Below are positions 62,851 to 64,000 of a stretch of DNA of 64,000 bases, in pieces. The notes under the pieces were generated by a model that was given only the letters and a program-made list of their open reading frames with translations, was not told where the DNA came from and did no database searches. This DNA is from Mobula hypostoma (Eukaryota): the NCBI RefSeq assembly GCF_963921235.1, contig NC_086097.1, positions 84,632,001 through 84,696,000 on the forward strand, in the 5' to 3' direction. Positions within the stretch are counted from its first letter, which is position 1, and each line of letters begins with the position of its first letter. Position numbers and translations under genes: made by a program.

Positions 62851-64000
62851 TGCTCTCTCCACATACCACAGGCTCTCTCTCTCCCTAATAAGGGAAAAAG
62901 AGGTGTCCCTGTTTCACAGTGAGAGGGGAGACATAACAAACAACTCACTAATTTACAATGTTAAAAGTTTGTTGTGACGCTTTTTCCGAGCTTTGCGCCC
63001 AGAGAGTCGGCGCTAGAAAGGCGCAGCTCTTTGGACACACAACCCACGGCAGCTAACTCACTGCTTCTGATATTCCGTGTTCTCCCATGACACTTGAGTC
63101 AGGGGCACTGGCCTGGAATCAGCCTGTCTCCAGAGCCTTGAAAATCCGGCACCCTGAAGATGTGCTTGTCTTCCAGGCCACGTCCTTGGGGTATCAAAAA
63201 GAGGCCGATTGTGAGGCCCAGAGAGCAGGTCCCATTCCCGCTATGAACCAAAATGAGAGTGTTACTCCAGGTCAGGGTCTTCAAAAGAACCTTGAAAAGG
63301 GAAAAAAAGAAATATCGAAGATAGAAATAGAGCTGTTTCCGAAGATGCAAGTAGAGTAGTCGCCGTTTAGTGCCATCATAACTTTGCTCCATCCCTGATT
63401 AATTTAGTCATGAAAAATAAGGAGAAGTATGTAAATCTTAGGAAACTAGAATCAAACAGAGCCCTTGAGGATCATGAAGTAGCTGGAAAAGAACTCCAGA
63501 AGGAATTGGGAGAGCCAGGAGTGTGTGGGGGTGGGGGGGAATAAAAAGTCCTTGGGATGCTTTCAGAAAACTGTGGAAAATACTGTGTTTGTTGGTTAGG
63601 TGGGAAGAAGTTAAGGAGACAGGTGAGGATTGAGGGAGTCATGTGAGAGTGTGAAGGATTTGGTGTGTGAGAAGAAAATGTAGACTAGGCTATAATCGAG
63701 AGGCTGAAATGAGCTTGAAAGGGAGTTCTGTGGGAGATAGGCAACAACAGAAGTGCCAGTGAAATCAGATTATTAGAGGCTTGAATGTAAACCAAAATTG
63801 CCTCCTTAAAGTAAAACTCTTTTCATAATAGTCTCTCTCGTGTCTTGAATTATGAATCTGGCCTTTCTCTATAATCCACTTTCCCACACCCTCCACCCCA
63901 AAGTTTTGTAATTGCTGCAGGTTTGCGTTGGTTCAGTGAAGGCAATAATTTACATTAGGGATTCTGTTGACATTTCACTGTTACAGCTATTTAAAGTTTA

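Larger units (their letters stand above)
58370..63520 (+). mobile_element. Old CR1 (ORF1 esterase to ORF2 endonuclease) fragmented by nested insertions
   Basis: QPEVMVYVGTNYVG at about 58420; resumes KVVISELFPVP at about 60930; FMYFNVRS (ORF2 start) at about 61300; resumes again at about 63400. Confidence 0.8.

Noticed and set aside
50572..64000. COX16 exons 3-4
   Set aside because: No DPxLE or RGPRPWE-like coding segment found; AG acceptors at about 53488 and 53820 do not give COX16-like peptides. Probably beyond the window.

Overview
AT-rich, repeat-dense vertebrate genomic DNA. The repeat complement (esterase-ORF1 CR1 LINEs, V-domain and Deu-domain SINEs, Rex1/Babar, Penelope-like elements) suggests a cartilaginous fish, probably a ray; this is an inference. 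The only host gene I can support is the 5' half of COX16 (cytochrome c oxidase assembly factor) on the + strand: a CCAAT/ETS promoter, coding exon 1 (23216-23266), a 27.2-kb intron 1 and coding exon 2 (50494-50571). I did not find the remaining exons. Nearly all other listed ORFs are transposon debris: a near full-length decayed CR1 (about 15.8-19.9 kb), Rex1/Babar copies, a Hero-clade restriction-like-endonuclease fragment, a Tigger/pogo derivative, a chromodomain Gypsy LTR element and many Penelope-derived short repeats. The most interesting signals are at the RNA level. (i) The 3' UTR of the Hero-like element carries all hammerhead ribozyme strands in a non-circularly permuted order (27455-27517, minus strand, with one core mutation). 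(ii) About ten Penelope-derived repeats carry a minimal type I hammerhead motif, several arranged as foldback insertions with clean target-site duplications (TSDs). Repeat boundaries and family names were assigned by eye and are approximate.
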